Positions 40,406 through 51,635 of a DNA stretch of 64,000 nt are shown piece by piece. The notes under the pieces were generated by a model. It did not search any database. It saw nothing but the letters and a program-made list of their open reading frames with translations, and was not told the origin of the DNA. Both the position numbers and the translations under genes were made by a program. How positions within the stretch are numbered: position 1 is the first letter of the stretch; each line of letters begins with the position of its first letter. This DNA is from a virus: positions 22,558 to 86,557 of IMG/VR virus record IMGVR_UViG_3300011268_000517. One strand, 5' to 3'.

Positions 40406-41143
40406 TTAGGCTGCTTTCATCATAACTGTAGGGTACTTGACGAATCCACTGGTGTCCTTCTTGGCTCGACCCTTAGCGTACAAGCCAACGACCACACCCT
40501 TGGGGTCCAAGAATCGCAGGTCACTCTCGTCTCCATTGAAGACTGTACGACCATTGTACGACTGGGGCATGGGCTCTGTCTTCTTGAGTCCAAACACAGT
40601 GGCCACATTCATCCCTTGCTGGATGGCTTTCAGAACATCCGCATCATTGCCGTCAGCAGCGGAGAATGTAAGGTGGTAGTTAGGGATGTGCGCAACTTTG
40701 CGACCAAGGATTTTAGTGTAGTCATAGAATTGTACGTCAGGGAACAGTTGAAAGATGTTTTTGCCATCTGCGACTTCGTACTTCTCCCAAGCCAAGTCAC
40801 TGGTGCCATTCAGGCGAAACACTGGGGTCATACCACTCTTGGCAGACAGCTTGATTGCATTCTTGATCTCACGCACCAGCTGCTCGAAGAATGCAGCACG
40901 ATTCTCAAAGAACAGGCGAGTGCGAGTCTTACGTGCCTCTTGGACGATATTCGTCGTCTCACCCTTCTTGAACATTCCACCGTGACCAGCAGTGTTCAGA
41001 CAGGCGGCAGTGCAGCCAGCAGTGCGCTTGGGGCAGGTTTCGTAGCCAGAGACATTGGCAGGAGACAGGTGCAGGATAAAGGTATTGTAACCCTGGGATT
41101 GACCCTTCAAGACTTTGGGATTCGCAGTGCTCAGCAGTTTCAT
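40406..41143 (-). CDS. Gp88-like Cys-containing phage protein
   Basis: CP.RTAGCTAACLNTAG, FRLNGTSD, QFYDYTK, DESDLRFLD motifs. Confidence 0.7.
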   Translation of the reverse strand: MKLLSTANPKVLKGQSQGYNTFILHLSPANVSGYETCPKRTAGCTAACLNTAGHGGMFKKGETTNIVQEARKTRTRLFFENRAAFFEQLVREIKNAIKLSAKSGMTPVFRLNGTSDLAWEKYEVADGKNIFQLFPDVQFYDYTKILGRKVAHIPNYHLTFSAADGNDADVLKAIQQGMNVATVFGLKKTEPMPQSYNGRTVFNGDESDLRFLDPKGVVVGLYAKGRAKKDTSGFVKYPTVMMKAA

Positions 41144-41216
41144 AGTGTTCTCCGATTCAGTAAGACAAATTCTACATCAATCTTGCAAATCCGTCAAGCC
41201 CCCAGCGCCAGCAGGG

Positions 41217-41873
41217 TTATCGCAGCGACGCACGCAACTGGAACAATTCCTCTTCCATTTTTTGAATTCGGTCAAGGGTTTCTTCTTCTTCCATCTGCAT
41301 CGGGGCGCAAACCTGCATATGGATGTCCTCGATAAAATCCGTTAGCTTACTAAATTCCTCGCTAACCGAATCGTGCTCAGCCAATTCTAGCTCACGGATG
41401 GCGTGTAGGGCTGCTTCGGCTTTCTCGAGATGGCTCAGGGCAACCAGAAATTGGCTCGAGACACGGTCACTTTTCATCAGCATTTTTGTTCCTTTCAAAC
41501 TATGGCTCTATTCTACGCCCAAGTTGCAGATCCGTCAACAAGTATTTGGATAACCCCACCATCGGTGGGGCTTGACTTATTCCTCGAGTTGGGCTAGTTC
41601 AGCCTTGAGTTGGGCGATACGTTTTTCAACTTCAGTTTCGCTGGGCAACTCACGGATATTTTCGCAAACGTCAACGCAATCAAAAGTACCATCAACGTCA
41701 AACTCATAAAGCTCAGCGGTATCGCCATCGATAATGACGCAAATTTTATCGGTTTCAGCGATGAGCGGCACTGGGCTTGACACGCCTGCAAACCCGTAGT
41801 AGTCGGTTTTGGTAAACGGACGGAAAGTCAGCGACGAGAGGAGACGACGAGAAATTTTCATAAAACACCTTTC
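41217..41873 (-). CDS. Two early hypothetical ORFs (41217-~41485, 41577-~41864)
   Basis: Each follows a sigma70 promoter with SD AAGG. Confidence 0.45.
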
Positions 41874-42225
41874 TTCAAACGATAACCTATTATGGCTCAA
41901 AGTTGCAAACCCGTCAACAACTTTTTGGATTCCCTACCACAGCTTGGGGTCTTCCAGAAAAGCCTTGTCTATCCAGTCGGTTGTAGTAGAATAGACTCAT
42001 TGATTCGAAGAGCGGTACTCGGGATGGACGTGGAGGCTGCTCGTCTGGTTTTTGTGGAGAGAAAAGAAAAAGATAACCCCACCAGACGTAAGGTTATCCA
42101 AAAGTCAAATTGATTATGCCAATTGATTCAACAGTCTCGATTGAGAGAGACAATCGATACCTGCCGATTGAATCTGTCAATGGGCTTGGAGAGACCGATT
42201 GAAGACGACAATCGGTTAGCAAGTG

Positions 42226-42630
42226 CTTACTTACTTGATGTGGTAAGCGAGTACTTACTTACCAAAATCGAAGTAACTACTTACTTACTGCGGAAAATAG
42301 TGGTTTTTCAGAGCCGACTGGAGTTTTAAGGCAGCTAGTGCAGTCTCAAAATCAGGGGCGTCTAAAGTTAAATCCGCTAAAAATTCCAAAAGTTCGGAAA
42401 GCTCGATATAGTCCATAGCGTATCCTTTATCATCCATTACTCCGTTATTATGCCCCAGAGTCAAATAAAAGTCAAGTCTATTTTGCAATATTGCACACTT
42501 GACGCACGGTGGGATTTAGGCTATACGCACACGGATCGCACCTAGTCCGACACAGGCGACGCACAAAGTTTCGGACATAGTCCCGCACAGGTTCGCACAT
42601 AGGTACGGACATAGTGGGCGCACATAGTGG
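42226..42630. repeat. Non-coding region with (CTTA)n triplet and ~11-bp-phased ACA(T/C)AG repeats
   Basis: CTTACTTAC at 42226, 42254, 42280; ACATAG/ACAGG at ~42552, 42575, 42587, 42597, 42609, 42622. Confidence 0.55.
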
Positions 42631-42634
42631 TGCA

Positions 42635-42922
42635 CTAATCGCACTTAGTCCAGAGATCACCATCCTCCACAAACTGATTGCTCTGGATGTTGGACATATC
42701 TTTTATCGGTGTGGGCAGTTCTACATCAGTGTGATTGTTGATGCGCCATCGAGATTCTTCGCCCGTATCAGTGCTGTATGCCCACTCACGCTTGACTTCG
42801 GACATAGTCTGCTTCTGGTATAGGGGCATTGGTCTGCTGTTACCGCATGAGCGTGAACAATACTCGCCACGCTTGTTATGCTTGGTGCCACACTTAGGAC
42901 ATTCTTTTTCTTTGTACGCCAT
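42635..42922 (-). CDS. Zinc-finger hypothetical protein
   Basis: CPKC...YCSRSCGN motif. Confidence 0.6.
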   Translation of the reverse strand: MAYKEKECPKCGTKHNKRGEYCSRSCGNSRPMPLYQKQTMSEVKREWAYSTDTGEESRWRINNHTDVELPTPIKDMSNIQSNQFVEDGDLWTKCD

Positions 42923-42977
42923 TGTTCTGCTTCATTATCTCTAAAACACCTTATTTAGCCGACTACGAGAACCACGC

Positions 42978-43250
42978 CTAAATAAGCACCACCACACCCA
43001 ATAGCATCAATCCTATTCCTATCCAGTCTCGTAACTCTAGTGTTACACCAGTTAGAGCAGCAAATACTGTACTACATACAATATAGATTCCTCCATAGAT
43101 CACATAGGCTCGGGCTGGCTCATAAGGTTGTAGACTTAAAGTCCACGCAAATCCTATTAGTGCTAGACTAGAGATTAGATAGTTGCCTCGAGACCAGTAG
43201 TAGCATCCTGCGATCTCTAGTACTGCAGACAGGATGTAGTAGTGGATCAT
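42978..43250 (-). CDS. ynfA: YnfA/UPF0060 family SMR-like membrane protein
   Basis: A.LEIAGCY, ARAY..YGGIYI, DW.G..L.LLG motifs; 4 TM. Confidence 0.8.
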   Translation of the reverse strand: MIHYYILSAVLEIAGCYYWSRGNYLISSLALIGFAWTLSLQPYEPARAYVIYGGIYIVCSTVFAALTGVTLELRDWIGIGLMLLGVVVLI

Positions 43251-46200
43251 TCTTCCTCGTCTTCCTGTAGTTCAGACAAGATATCTTCTCTAGTCTTACC
43301 TGCATCTATATCAGTCTTTAGTGCATTACACAACCAGATAATGGATCGTAAGTCACTTTCACCTTGTTCTCTCATCCATCTGGCACGTTTTAGTACGATA
43401 TCCAGTGCATCTTGGGCAGTTAACTTATTCATTTTGCTACGAATCCTCTAGTATGTACGGGAGTAGACTTAGATAGTGGTAGATGGGAATAGGTTCCATC
43501 GTCTTCTCCCATAACCATAGCTCTACCAATACCACGTAAACCCAGCTGGTTCTCTAGACGATAGACCAAGATTGTATCGATACGGACTGGTTCTGAGACA
43601 TCATCTACCTTGAGTATTGAACGTTTGTATTCTCCACCGTCTTCCCATGCGTAGTCTAGTGAGATTGAATCTCCAGGTTGTAGGTACACGGGGTGGATTT
43701 TGTGTGCTTTTATGAATTGCATAGTTGCTGTAAGGCTTGGATCAGTGGTGGGATTGTACGAACATCAAATCTCATCTCTATTGGACTTCCTAGGTGGTCA
43801 TAGTCGTGGATCTGTACGTACGCTAGACGATCGTCTTTGCGTAAGGTTAGATATGGACTTCCATCGGGTTTTTCGATTACAATCTTCATTCTGTAAACCT
43901 GCTGTAGATTCGATTGGCTATGATTGTTCCTGGACCACTAAGTTTTGGATAGTCGAACTCTTGGGCGATTACCAGACACTCACGCATGATTAGGTGTGCG
44001 TATCGTTCTTTGGAAAAGATCAGTTCACCATCATACTCTACTAGGCTCTCTACTGCAAGTTTTTCTAAGTCTATCATACGTTGTTTAATCCTATTCTAGA
44101 GTAGCCCAGTCGTCTCTTGGTGTCTCGGCGGTCTCTGTTATCTTCTGGTCGCCATGCACGGGGATCAACTGTTTCACCAGTTAGCACATAACGGAAGTCT
44201 GGGTCATAAACCATACGACCGCCCATATTCCACAGTGGTTCACCGTTATATGGAAAAATACAACCACGGCACATACACCAACTCCAGCCCCTATCTGTCA
44301 TTACATTGCCATTTACAGTTCCAACGTATTTGACCACATTACCCTTGTGCATCTGTCGGATAGCTTCGTGATAGTCTATCATAGCAATCCTGCTTCGGTT
44401 TGTGGTGGAGCAGGTGGTAGGGCATCGGAGTATCGATACACGTATTCGGGTTCCTTGGGTTTGGTGTACGGAAAGGTCACTGGTACACGAGACCCACCGC
44501 TGGTGTAGTAAGACTTCACAGCTTCACCTTCAAATTCTTGCCACTCCCAAAACACTCGACCATCGATATCGTACACGTCGCCGTCTGGATCTTTAAAAAC
44601 AGATGAACAACGCTTGTTTTGTTTGGTGTAACCATGATCAACCCACTCCCAGTCTTCACCAGTTAGTGGGACGATTGGCTCAAACTTTGCAAGACGATTG
44701 AATAAGTTTAAGGCATAGGGTGCGGTTGTGCCAGAGTGACCATGAGCACTGAATAGGTTTAATAACTCCAATAATTGCTTGCAGATTAGTTCCTGCATTT
44801 CATCGTTGAACTTACCGTTCTCATCCATCCAGCCAGCTGCACGGAATTCTGTTAGCGCATGTGATTCTAAACTCATACTATATCCTTACTGGGACGCCAA
44901 TTGTCCCACTCATTTACTTTTTGTACCTGCCAACCATGGCTAGTACCACGGATTCCATCGTCATATTGTAGTTCTACATTACCCCAGTGGGATTCTGGAC
45001 CATCGTAGTGTAGCACCTGTCGAATAACTGTAGCGTTTTGCTTCATTGGGTGCACATACACTCGATCTCCAGTATGGAATTTCGGACCACGACCATCCGA
45101 GTCGATGTCACAGCAGCAAGACTCGTACTCTGGAGCATCGGCGTCGATCTCCATAAAATCCCACTCCTTACAGTAGTGTTTATAGTTCGGCATCTTTTCT
45201 TTCCATTATCTTACGATAGGCTTCTTGTGATTTTAAGAATTGCTCAGACTGCAGACTAGCTTCTTGGTATCCACCACTGTCTATCTTGTCGATCCATTGC
45301 GGTAGGATTCTGGCTTCTTCGTCGATATGATCGGCTAAGTGCTGGGCTGCTTCAAGTGTTAGACGGGGTTCCACACCATGCTCCTCCTAGTCCAGTTGGA
45401 CACTGCGGTTGTGAACATACATAACCCATTACACCTTCCATCTTTAGCCCACACTTTGAGCAGTGGTCTTTGATTGCGATTGGTGGATTAATGGTTGGCC
45501 ACACTGGTTGTGTAGTTGGTAGTGGATAAGGTAACGGAGTAATTGGGCGTTCTCCGATTCTTTCCATTAGCTTACGGTTCATCTCCATAGATTTCTCGAG
45601 CATAGCATCTAGGTGCTCGATTCGATCCTGCAAGAATTTAATCATTTCTTCGTTTGTCATTATCTTCTCTTATACGTTTAGTGCTCTCATAGCTCCAATG
45701 ATGCGTTCGTGACACATACGAGCAGCATGCAATGGAGTGGGTTGATTGAACTCACTTGCCACATCAAACTTTGTACCCTTTGTGTTTGTATTCATTTCCA
45801 CAGTACAGTACCAACCACCATCGTGATAAGAAACACGTGGTCTACCGTAGCGCACCAAATACAACATTAGCTCTTCCAAGGGCATCTGTTCAATTTTGGT
45901 GGCGTCAGATACCTCAGGCTTCTTTACTAACCACATCTTTATTTCCCCATTGATCTGTTTCTACAGCCCAGTGGACTACGATCCAATCGTCAATTGCAGT
46001 CTGTGGATCTTCCAACAGATATGCACGATCTGCTTGAACTACCTTTAGCACCCAGTTACGATACCATGCACTCTTTAGAATTTGTTCTTCAGACCAAGTC
46101 TCAGCCACATGTTGTCCGCATTCACCTGGAAATGCAATTGTCCAATATTTCATCCCAATTCCTTCAACAACTCTATTATCTTTAAATTAGATGGAGAAGA

Positions 46201-47212
46201 TTGATAATGTATGTTGTGTAAGATTTCACTAATGTCCTTACGTTCACGCCATGTACCAACAAACACTCCATGCGGATTGCTATAACCCTTTAGGTTAGTA
46301 ACACTCTGAACAATGATATAGTCACTAAGCGATCTCCAACCACCATGGGTAGTTACATAATCACTTATGTTTTGTCTAACCCAAGCCATACCCTGAGCGT
46401 AGGTGCCAGCAATAACAAACGTCTTCATACAATCTTATTGGCTAGTCGTAGGATCTTTACTTGGTCATTGGGTGCAAGATAGGCTCGAACTGCAATATGT
46501 TTCATGAAGGTGATTGGATCATCGTACTGAGTAAACTCTACTAGGTTATTCTCGAGCATGTACTGAGCCATATCCATAATGAGTTTCTTTTTGACTTCCA
46601 TCTTAAAGTCAATGTCACTTCTCATCTGCGTTGCAAATGAATGCTCCATCGAGGCACGACCAACCACCATCTTTCCACCGATTAGGTAGTCATATGATTT
46701 AAAGTCTGGTTCCTTGTCGAACATTACCAGCTGCTCTCGTCTACAATATCTTTTGTTACAGTAACGACATGTCCATTGACGGTAGCACCGATAATGCTAG
46801 CCTTAATAATCGCACCAATACCACTGGATGTATCGCTAGTAACTTCTACTACATTACGATCTGGAAATGCCTCCAAGAATTGCAGTATAGTCTGCAGATC
46901 GTCCTTGTGTAAGTAAATTGAATCAATCTTGTTCGTCATCTGGATTACACTGTGTTAGTGTCCATAGAAATAAACCAACCAGCAGAGCCAGTACAATTAA
47001 CATAATCGCAACAAACATCACTTCTCCTTGTCTTCTATATTGTACCAATACTCATAAGAGTCATTGACACCAAAACCATCTTCCTGTTTGGCGTGTTCTT
47101 CACAGAAAGGATGATCACCAGCAAACTGAGTAGAACGAACCCACACAGCAGGACGACCACAAACTATACATTCTTCATTGTGCGTACCAGATTTCATTAA
47201 ATCCCTCTTCAA
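43247..47212 (-). CDS. Run of ~14 small hypothetical ORFs (43247-43432, 43429-43722, 43886-44077, 44074-44382, 44379-44876, 44873-45193, 45180-45374, 45352-45660, 45670-45936, 45914-46153, 46150-46428, 46425-46724, 46724-46939, 47018-47212)
   Basis: Tightly coupled stop/start overlaps on the minus strand; no recognisable family. Confidence 0.55.
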
Positions 47213-47645
47213 GCGTTGGTGGCTCTGCTTCTAGTTGTTGAGCCATATTTGATACAATTTCCCATGGGATATCTTTTCCTGGGCGAGAAGCAAGACGTTG
47301 TTGTAACATAGATGTTGGTGGAGTTTTCATAACAACTGCAATCTTGTAGTACTCTGGCAACATACGAATCTTTTTCGCACGAGTTGCAACAGTGGTGCTT
47401 GTTTGATCCCAGATAATATCTTTCTTGTTAGCCTGACAGATCAGTGCTTGGTTCGCCATCAATTTAACGGCGATAGGCATATACTCTTGGAATACTTCAG
47501 AGTAAGTTTTACCTTGTTCCTTGGCATATTCCTCGACGAATCTGTCGGTGGATACAACTGGGATATCTTTAGCCCACACTTGGTTCTTAATCCAAGTGGA
47601 CTTACCAGATGCAGGAACACCAACCATAACGTACAAGTAATTCAT
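47175..47645 (-). CDS. AAA_33-type kinase (polynucleotide kinase-like)
   Basis: MVGVPASGKST, VSTD, IIWDQT..T...R, RLASR motifs. Confidence 0.8.
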   Translation of the reverse strand: MNYLYVMVGVPASGKSTWIKNQVWAKDIPVVSTDRFVEEYAKEQGKTYSEVFQEYMPIAVKLMANQALICQANKKDIIWDQTSTTVATRAKKIRMLPEYYKIAVVMKTPPTSMLQQRLASRPGKDIPWEIVSNMAQQLEAEPPTLEEGFNEIWYAQ

Positions 47646-47872
47646 AGTATATCTTTATTCTTAAAAACTCGATAACAGATAATTGGATGACGAACAATCG
47701 TCCACAAAATTATGAAAGGCGCAAGTAGAATCGCACATACCATAATGAACTTGGGATTGTCCAATATGGATGTGCGATGTGGGCAATCTCTGCCTTGCCT
47801 GCAGTTATCATTACAACACTTCATCACAATCTCCTTTAGGTATATTATACACTAAAGAATCTTGCAAGACAA

Positions 47873-48376
47873 TCACTTATTTTGGGGTGTAAACACTGGG
47901 TCTAGTGGTTCTACTTTTAGTTTATCAAATACTAATTGAAATTGCGGTACTGGTAGCGTATGTGGATCGACTTCTTGCTGGATATTGTAAGCAATAGTGA
48001 TATGAGACTTGTATTCATCATAATCGCTTGTTGCGCCTTCTTTTGCTAACTGTGAATTTAATCTAGTTGCATATGGACACGCAACACGCATCACTAAACA
48101 TTTTCCATCGTGATTTGTAGGAAATATTTCATAACCAGTTACCATTGCCTCGACTGGAAGAGTAGTATTCATATGTAAGTAATTCTCTGCTGATGGAACA
48201 GGTGTTCGAGAATAGATTACAGTAATGTGGAATGTAGATGGATCAACTCGTTCAGTCAATCCAAGATTCATTTCCACGTAATGATCGAGAAGTTTTCTAG
48301 ACTCCTCGCTCATTTCTAGGGATACGTATGTGCCGTCTTTATGTTTGGCGTATTGACTCAGTGTTGCCAGTTTCAT
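47873..48376 (-). CDS. 2H phosphoesterase, T4 gp57B/Acb1-like (anti-CBASS nuclease candidate)
   Basis: Two HxT motifs FHITVIYSR and SHITIAY, 167 aa. Confidence 0.72.
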   Translation of the reverse strand: MKLATLSQYAKHKDGTYVSLEMSEESRKLLDHYVEMNLGLTERVDPSTFHITVIYSRTPVPSAENYLHMNTTLPVEAMVTGYEIFPTNHDGKCLVMRVACPYATRLNSQLAKEGATSDYDEYKSHITIAYNIQQEVDPHTLPVPQFQLVFDKLKVEPLDPVFTPQNK

Positions 48377-48652
48377 TTTCTACCTTTAAACCATTACTAT
48401 GTTTGTCTCTTAGTACTTCTACTTCTTGTAGTTGTCTTTGTTCCTGAACCGTTAGTTCCTTTAACGTCTTTCTTGGGTTTCCGCACATCAGACACTTTGG
48501 ATTCCCGCAGTTTGCTGGGCTGTGCTTTGCGAACCGATGGGGTTGTTTTTCGTTTAGTCCCAGCACTTGCTTTGCTATCTTTACTTGCTTCTTTACGTAG
48601 CTTTCTTTTTGGTGGATTCTCTTGCTGTGCTTTTCTTTGCTTTCTTGGTCCA
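48339..48652 (-). CDS. Hypothetical basic protein with CxxxxCxxC motif
   Basis: KH...CG.PKCLMCGNPRK. Confidence 0.5.
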
Positions 48653-48883
48653 TTAGAGTTCTCCTTTTCATCAGCGTAATACTCATTATACTCTTTCTCA
48701 GTCACTTCTCTGTAGGAGATTTTCTCTACATATTGTAGTGACTCAGAAAACCGTATTTGCGATTTCAAATTATAATTTCGGCAGGGGACTATGTGGGTGA
48801 AACCACCCTTCCACTTAAGGGTTAGAAAATAATACATTGTTGTTACCACCTATCAAGTAGTATACATCAATTTAATAACTCTG

Positions 48884-49684
48884 TCAAATTTTAACTGGTT
48901 CAATAAAAAACTTACGAACAACCCATCCTGCTAAGTCAAACTCTCCAGGATTGAATGCTTGATCGTATTTGGTCATGTCTTTATGGTGATTGTTGTGCAA
49001 CCCCTCGCCACCAAGATAGTAATGCAACCACTTGTTGTTGTAGCTTTTATCGTCTGTGTCATATGTTCGATAGCTTCCTGGAAATTTCCAGTGAGAAACA
49101 AAGTTAACACCAAAGCTGTTGAACATTGCCATACCCACAGGCATCAATACAAAGAAAACAGTGAACTGCCAACCAAACAATAACGCAGTGACAGCGCACA
49201 AAGCTGCCCAGATTTTGTAGTAATGTGTATCAACGAAACGAATTTCTTTATCACGCAGCAAGTCTTTGGGAATTGTTTTAACACCCTTGGTCTGCAACCA
49301 CCAGTCTTTCGGCATAATTTGCCAACGGAACAAGCTGAGACTTACTGACTCATATGGGCTGTGGATATCGTTTGGCTTTTCAGTGTATTTGTGATGGTGT
49401 CTGTGGTGAGTCGCCCATGCGATTGGGCTTCCTTCGCCACCAAGAATAGAGAAATACAGTAAAAATCTACGCTTCCACGGTGTTGTTTCAAAAGAACGAT
49501 GAGTGAAGTAACGATGAAGCGAAATTTGATTGGCGAAGAATGTACAGATTCTAGACCAGACGTAAGCTGCTAGCAGCGTCCCCCACATTTCGTAGTAGAT
49601 ACAGTAGCCAAATGTAAAGAATAATGCAGCCCAGCCAGCGAAGTAGAGTACTCGGTAACGGTAGATTTGATGTGATAAGTCCAT
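48884..49684 (-). CDS. Membrane fatty-acid desaturase (delta-9 type) 3
   Basis: His boxes HRYFTH, HHRHHH, HNNHH; start reassigned to MDLSH. Confidence 0.9.
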   Translation of the reverse strand: MDLSHQIYRYRVLYFAGWAALFFTFGYCIYYEMWGTLLAAYVWSRICTFFANQISLHRYFTHRSFETTPWKRRFLLYFSILGGEGSPIAWATHHRHHHKYTEKPNDIHSPYESVSLSLFRWQIMPKDWWLQTKGVKTIPKDLLRDKEIRFVDTHYYKIWAALCAVTALLFGWQFTVFFVLMPVGMAMFNSFGVNFVSHWKFPGSYRTYDTDDKSYNNKWLHYYLGGEGLHNNHHKDMTKYDQAFNPGEFDLAGWVVRKFFIEPVKI

Positions 49685-49727
49685 GCTATTTTCCAAAGTG
49701 AATGTTAATTTTCGTCTGATATTTATG

Positions 49728-50516
49728 TCACCACGTGTACTGTCGTTCGGGATCTTTCTCGATAAACAGTTTGTCAATCAACCATGCAGCTGTATCAAAT
49801 TCGTCTGCTTTGATGGCTTGATTGTACAAACTTGGTTTGGCATGGTGGTTGTTATGTAGTTCTCCTATCATATAGGAAACCAGCTTGTTGTTTTGACTAT
49901 CATCTTTTGTTTCGAAGTTACGATAGTTCCCAAACCACCATGGCACATGTGATGACCACGTAAAGTGAAAACTGTTAAGCATGTTATATGCAACAGGCAT
50001 TAAGATAAAGTAGATTGTTATTCTCCAGTCAATCAGACTGGTCAGTACAACAACCAAAAGAAACAACTTGTAATAGTGTTCATGCATCCACTTGACAGTT
50101 TTATCTCGATATAAGTCTTTGGGAATTCTATTTACTTGTTTGTCTTGATAAAATTTGTGGTTGTATGCACCAAATAGAATCCAACTGTGAAAAAATCCAT
50201 GCTTTGGACTATGTGTATCAAGTTCTGTGTCAGAGTGCACGTGGTGGTGTCGATGCATTGTTCCGTAAGTAAGTGGACTTCCAACTCCAGGAATCATACT
50301 CAGTGCGAGTAAAATCTTATGTTTGATGGGAGTTGTACGGAATGCACGATGAGAGAAGTAACGATGCATTGCCACACTCAAACCAAGATGTGCAACAACT
50401 ACAAAGTTATAAACGATTGATGCTGCAAGCCACCAGATGGTAGTAGTCGCAGCATAAAAGATACCTATACCGAGCGCAAGAAACCCAGATAGAAGTAGAA
50501 CTCTATATTTCCACAT
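49728..50516 (-). CDS. Membrane fatty-acid desaturase (delta-9 type) 2
   Basis: His boxes HRYFSH, HRHHH, HNNHH. Confidence 0.9.
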   Translation of the reverse strand: MWKYRVLLLSGFLALGIGIFYAATTTIWWLAASIVYNFVVVAHLGLSVAMHRYFSHRAFRTTPIKHKILLALSMIPGVGSPLTYGTMHRHHHVHSDTELDTHSPKHGFFHSWILFGAYNHKFYQDKQVNRIPKDLYRDKTVKWMHEHYYKLFLLVVVLTSLIDWRITIYFILMPVAYNMLNSFHFTWSSHVPWWFGNYRNFETKDDSQNNKLVSYMIGELHNNHHAKPSLYNQAIKADEFDTAAWLIDKLFIEKDPERQYTW

Positions 50517-51289
50517 TAACGAACATTAATCTTAGTGGCAAGCAAGGGAATAATCCACTTACCGACATCCAACTCATACCAAGCATGGCTGTCGTGGAAT
50601 CTACCTGGAATTGCATGATGGTTGTTTTGAAGAACACTTGAACCTTGCCAAGTAATCCAACTCATCCAAACAATGTTTCTGCTGTTATCGTCAGTATTGA
50701 ATCTGCGAGTGCCGTATGTATGCGCAAAGGCGTTTGTTACAGCAGCAAAACAGAAACAGATGAGTCCACCAAGACCTATTGTGAATAACATCAGCTTGAT
50801 ATTAATCAATCCAAGAACGATAGCGGTAGCCCACCAGATTTTTATGATATTTTGCTCAAGCCAAACATAGTAACGTTGCGCAAGTAAACTTTTACAGATC
50901 ATTAGCGGTAACTTATGTTCTTTCATATACCAACCGAAACACGCATGTAAAAATCCGTGTTTTGGACTGTGGCTATCACCCTCTTTATCAGAGTGTGCGT
51001 GATGTAATCCGATGTGAGTTGCACGATAACCGATTGGTCCACCGAAACCGCCTAGCAGTGCAAAGTAAGAAAAGATCTTACCAAGAATAGGTTTACACTC
51101 AAACGCTTTGTGAGAGAAGTGGCGGTGAAGAAAGATTCCTTCGCCTACGACATAGGAAAGAAACCAGAATAAGAATGTGGCGAATAGCCAGTACCACTGC
51201 TGTGTAGAAAATAAGACTGCAAGCGCTGTGAACCCCATTAATATCTGTGGGATTTGAACCTTGAAGAAGTGGCTACGGTGTGTGACCAT
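50516..51289 (-). CDS. Membrane fatty-acid desaturase (delta-9 type) 1
   Basis: His boxes HRHFSH, HIGLHH, variant QNNHH. Confidence 0.88.
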   Translation of the reverse strand: MVTHRSHFFKVQIPQILMGFTALAVLFSTQQWYWLFATFLFWFLSYVVGEGIFLHRHFSHKAFECKPILGKIFSYFALLGGFGGPIGYRATHIGLHHAHSDKEGDSHSPKHGFLHACFGWYMKEHKLPLMICKSLLAQRYYVWLEQNIIKIWWATAIVLGLINIKLMLFTIGLGGLICFCFAAVTNAFAHTYGTRRFNTDDNSRNIVWMSWITWQGSSVLQNNHHAIPGRFHDSHAWYELDVGKWIIPLLATKINVR

Positions 51290-51317
51290 GATTTATCCTA
51301 TATTTGTATAATAATTC

Positions 51318-51325
51318 TATTTATA
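51318..51325 (-). promoter_or_regulatory. T4-type late promoter upstream of the desaturase cluster
   Basis: Exact TATAAATA; a second copy at 51422-51429 precedes tRNA-Gly. Confidence 0.65.
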
Positions 51326-51338
51326 CAGGAAGAAATAA

Positions 51339-51414
51339 TGGAGCGGGCAAAGAGACTCGAACTCTCGACATCTTCCTTGGCAAGGAAGTGCTCTACCAAC
51401 TGAGCTATACCCGC
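51339..51414 (-). tRNA. tRNA-Gly(GCC)
   Basis: Cloverleaf, CTTCC-TTGCCAA-GGAAG, encoded CCA. Confidence 0.95.
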
Positions 51415-51635
51415 ATAATTCTATTTATACCATAATTAAGTGCATTCCCAAACGATTGTCAATGTCGTCTGTAAGTATTATTGTGTTACCACGAGCCTCG
51501 CTCTGCAGTGCTATCTCGTTCTGGCACAACTTTTCGAGGAACCTGAAACCCCGCAAAAGACAGAAACACACTTAATTATAGTGACTGGTGATTACGCACA
51601 CCAGTCAATGCGCCCGTCCCCAAGCGACTAGGGTT

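Noticed and set aside
39273-41335. Long plus-strand ORFs 39503-40234 and 40616-41335
   Set aside because: Antisense to the ATPase and Gp88-like genes; a codon-bias artefact.
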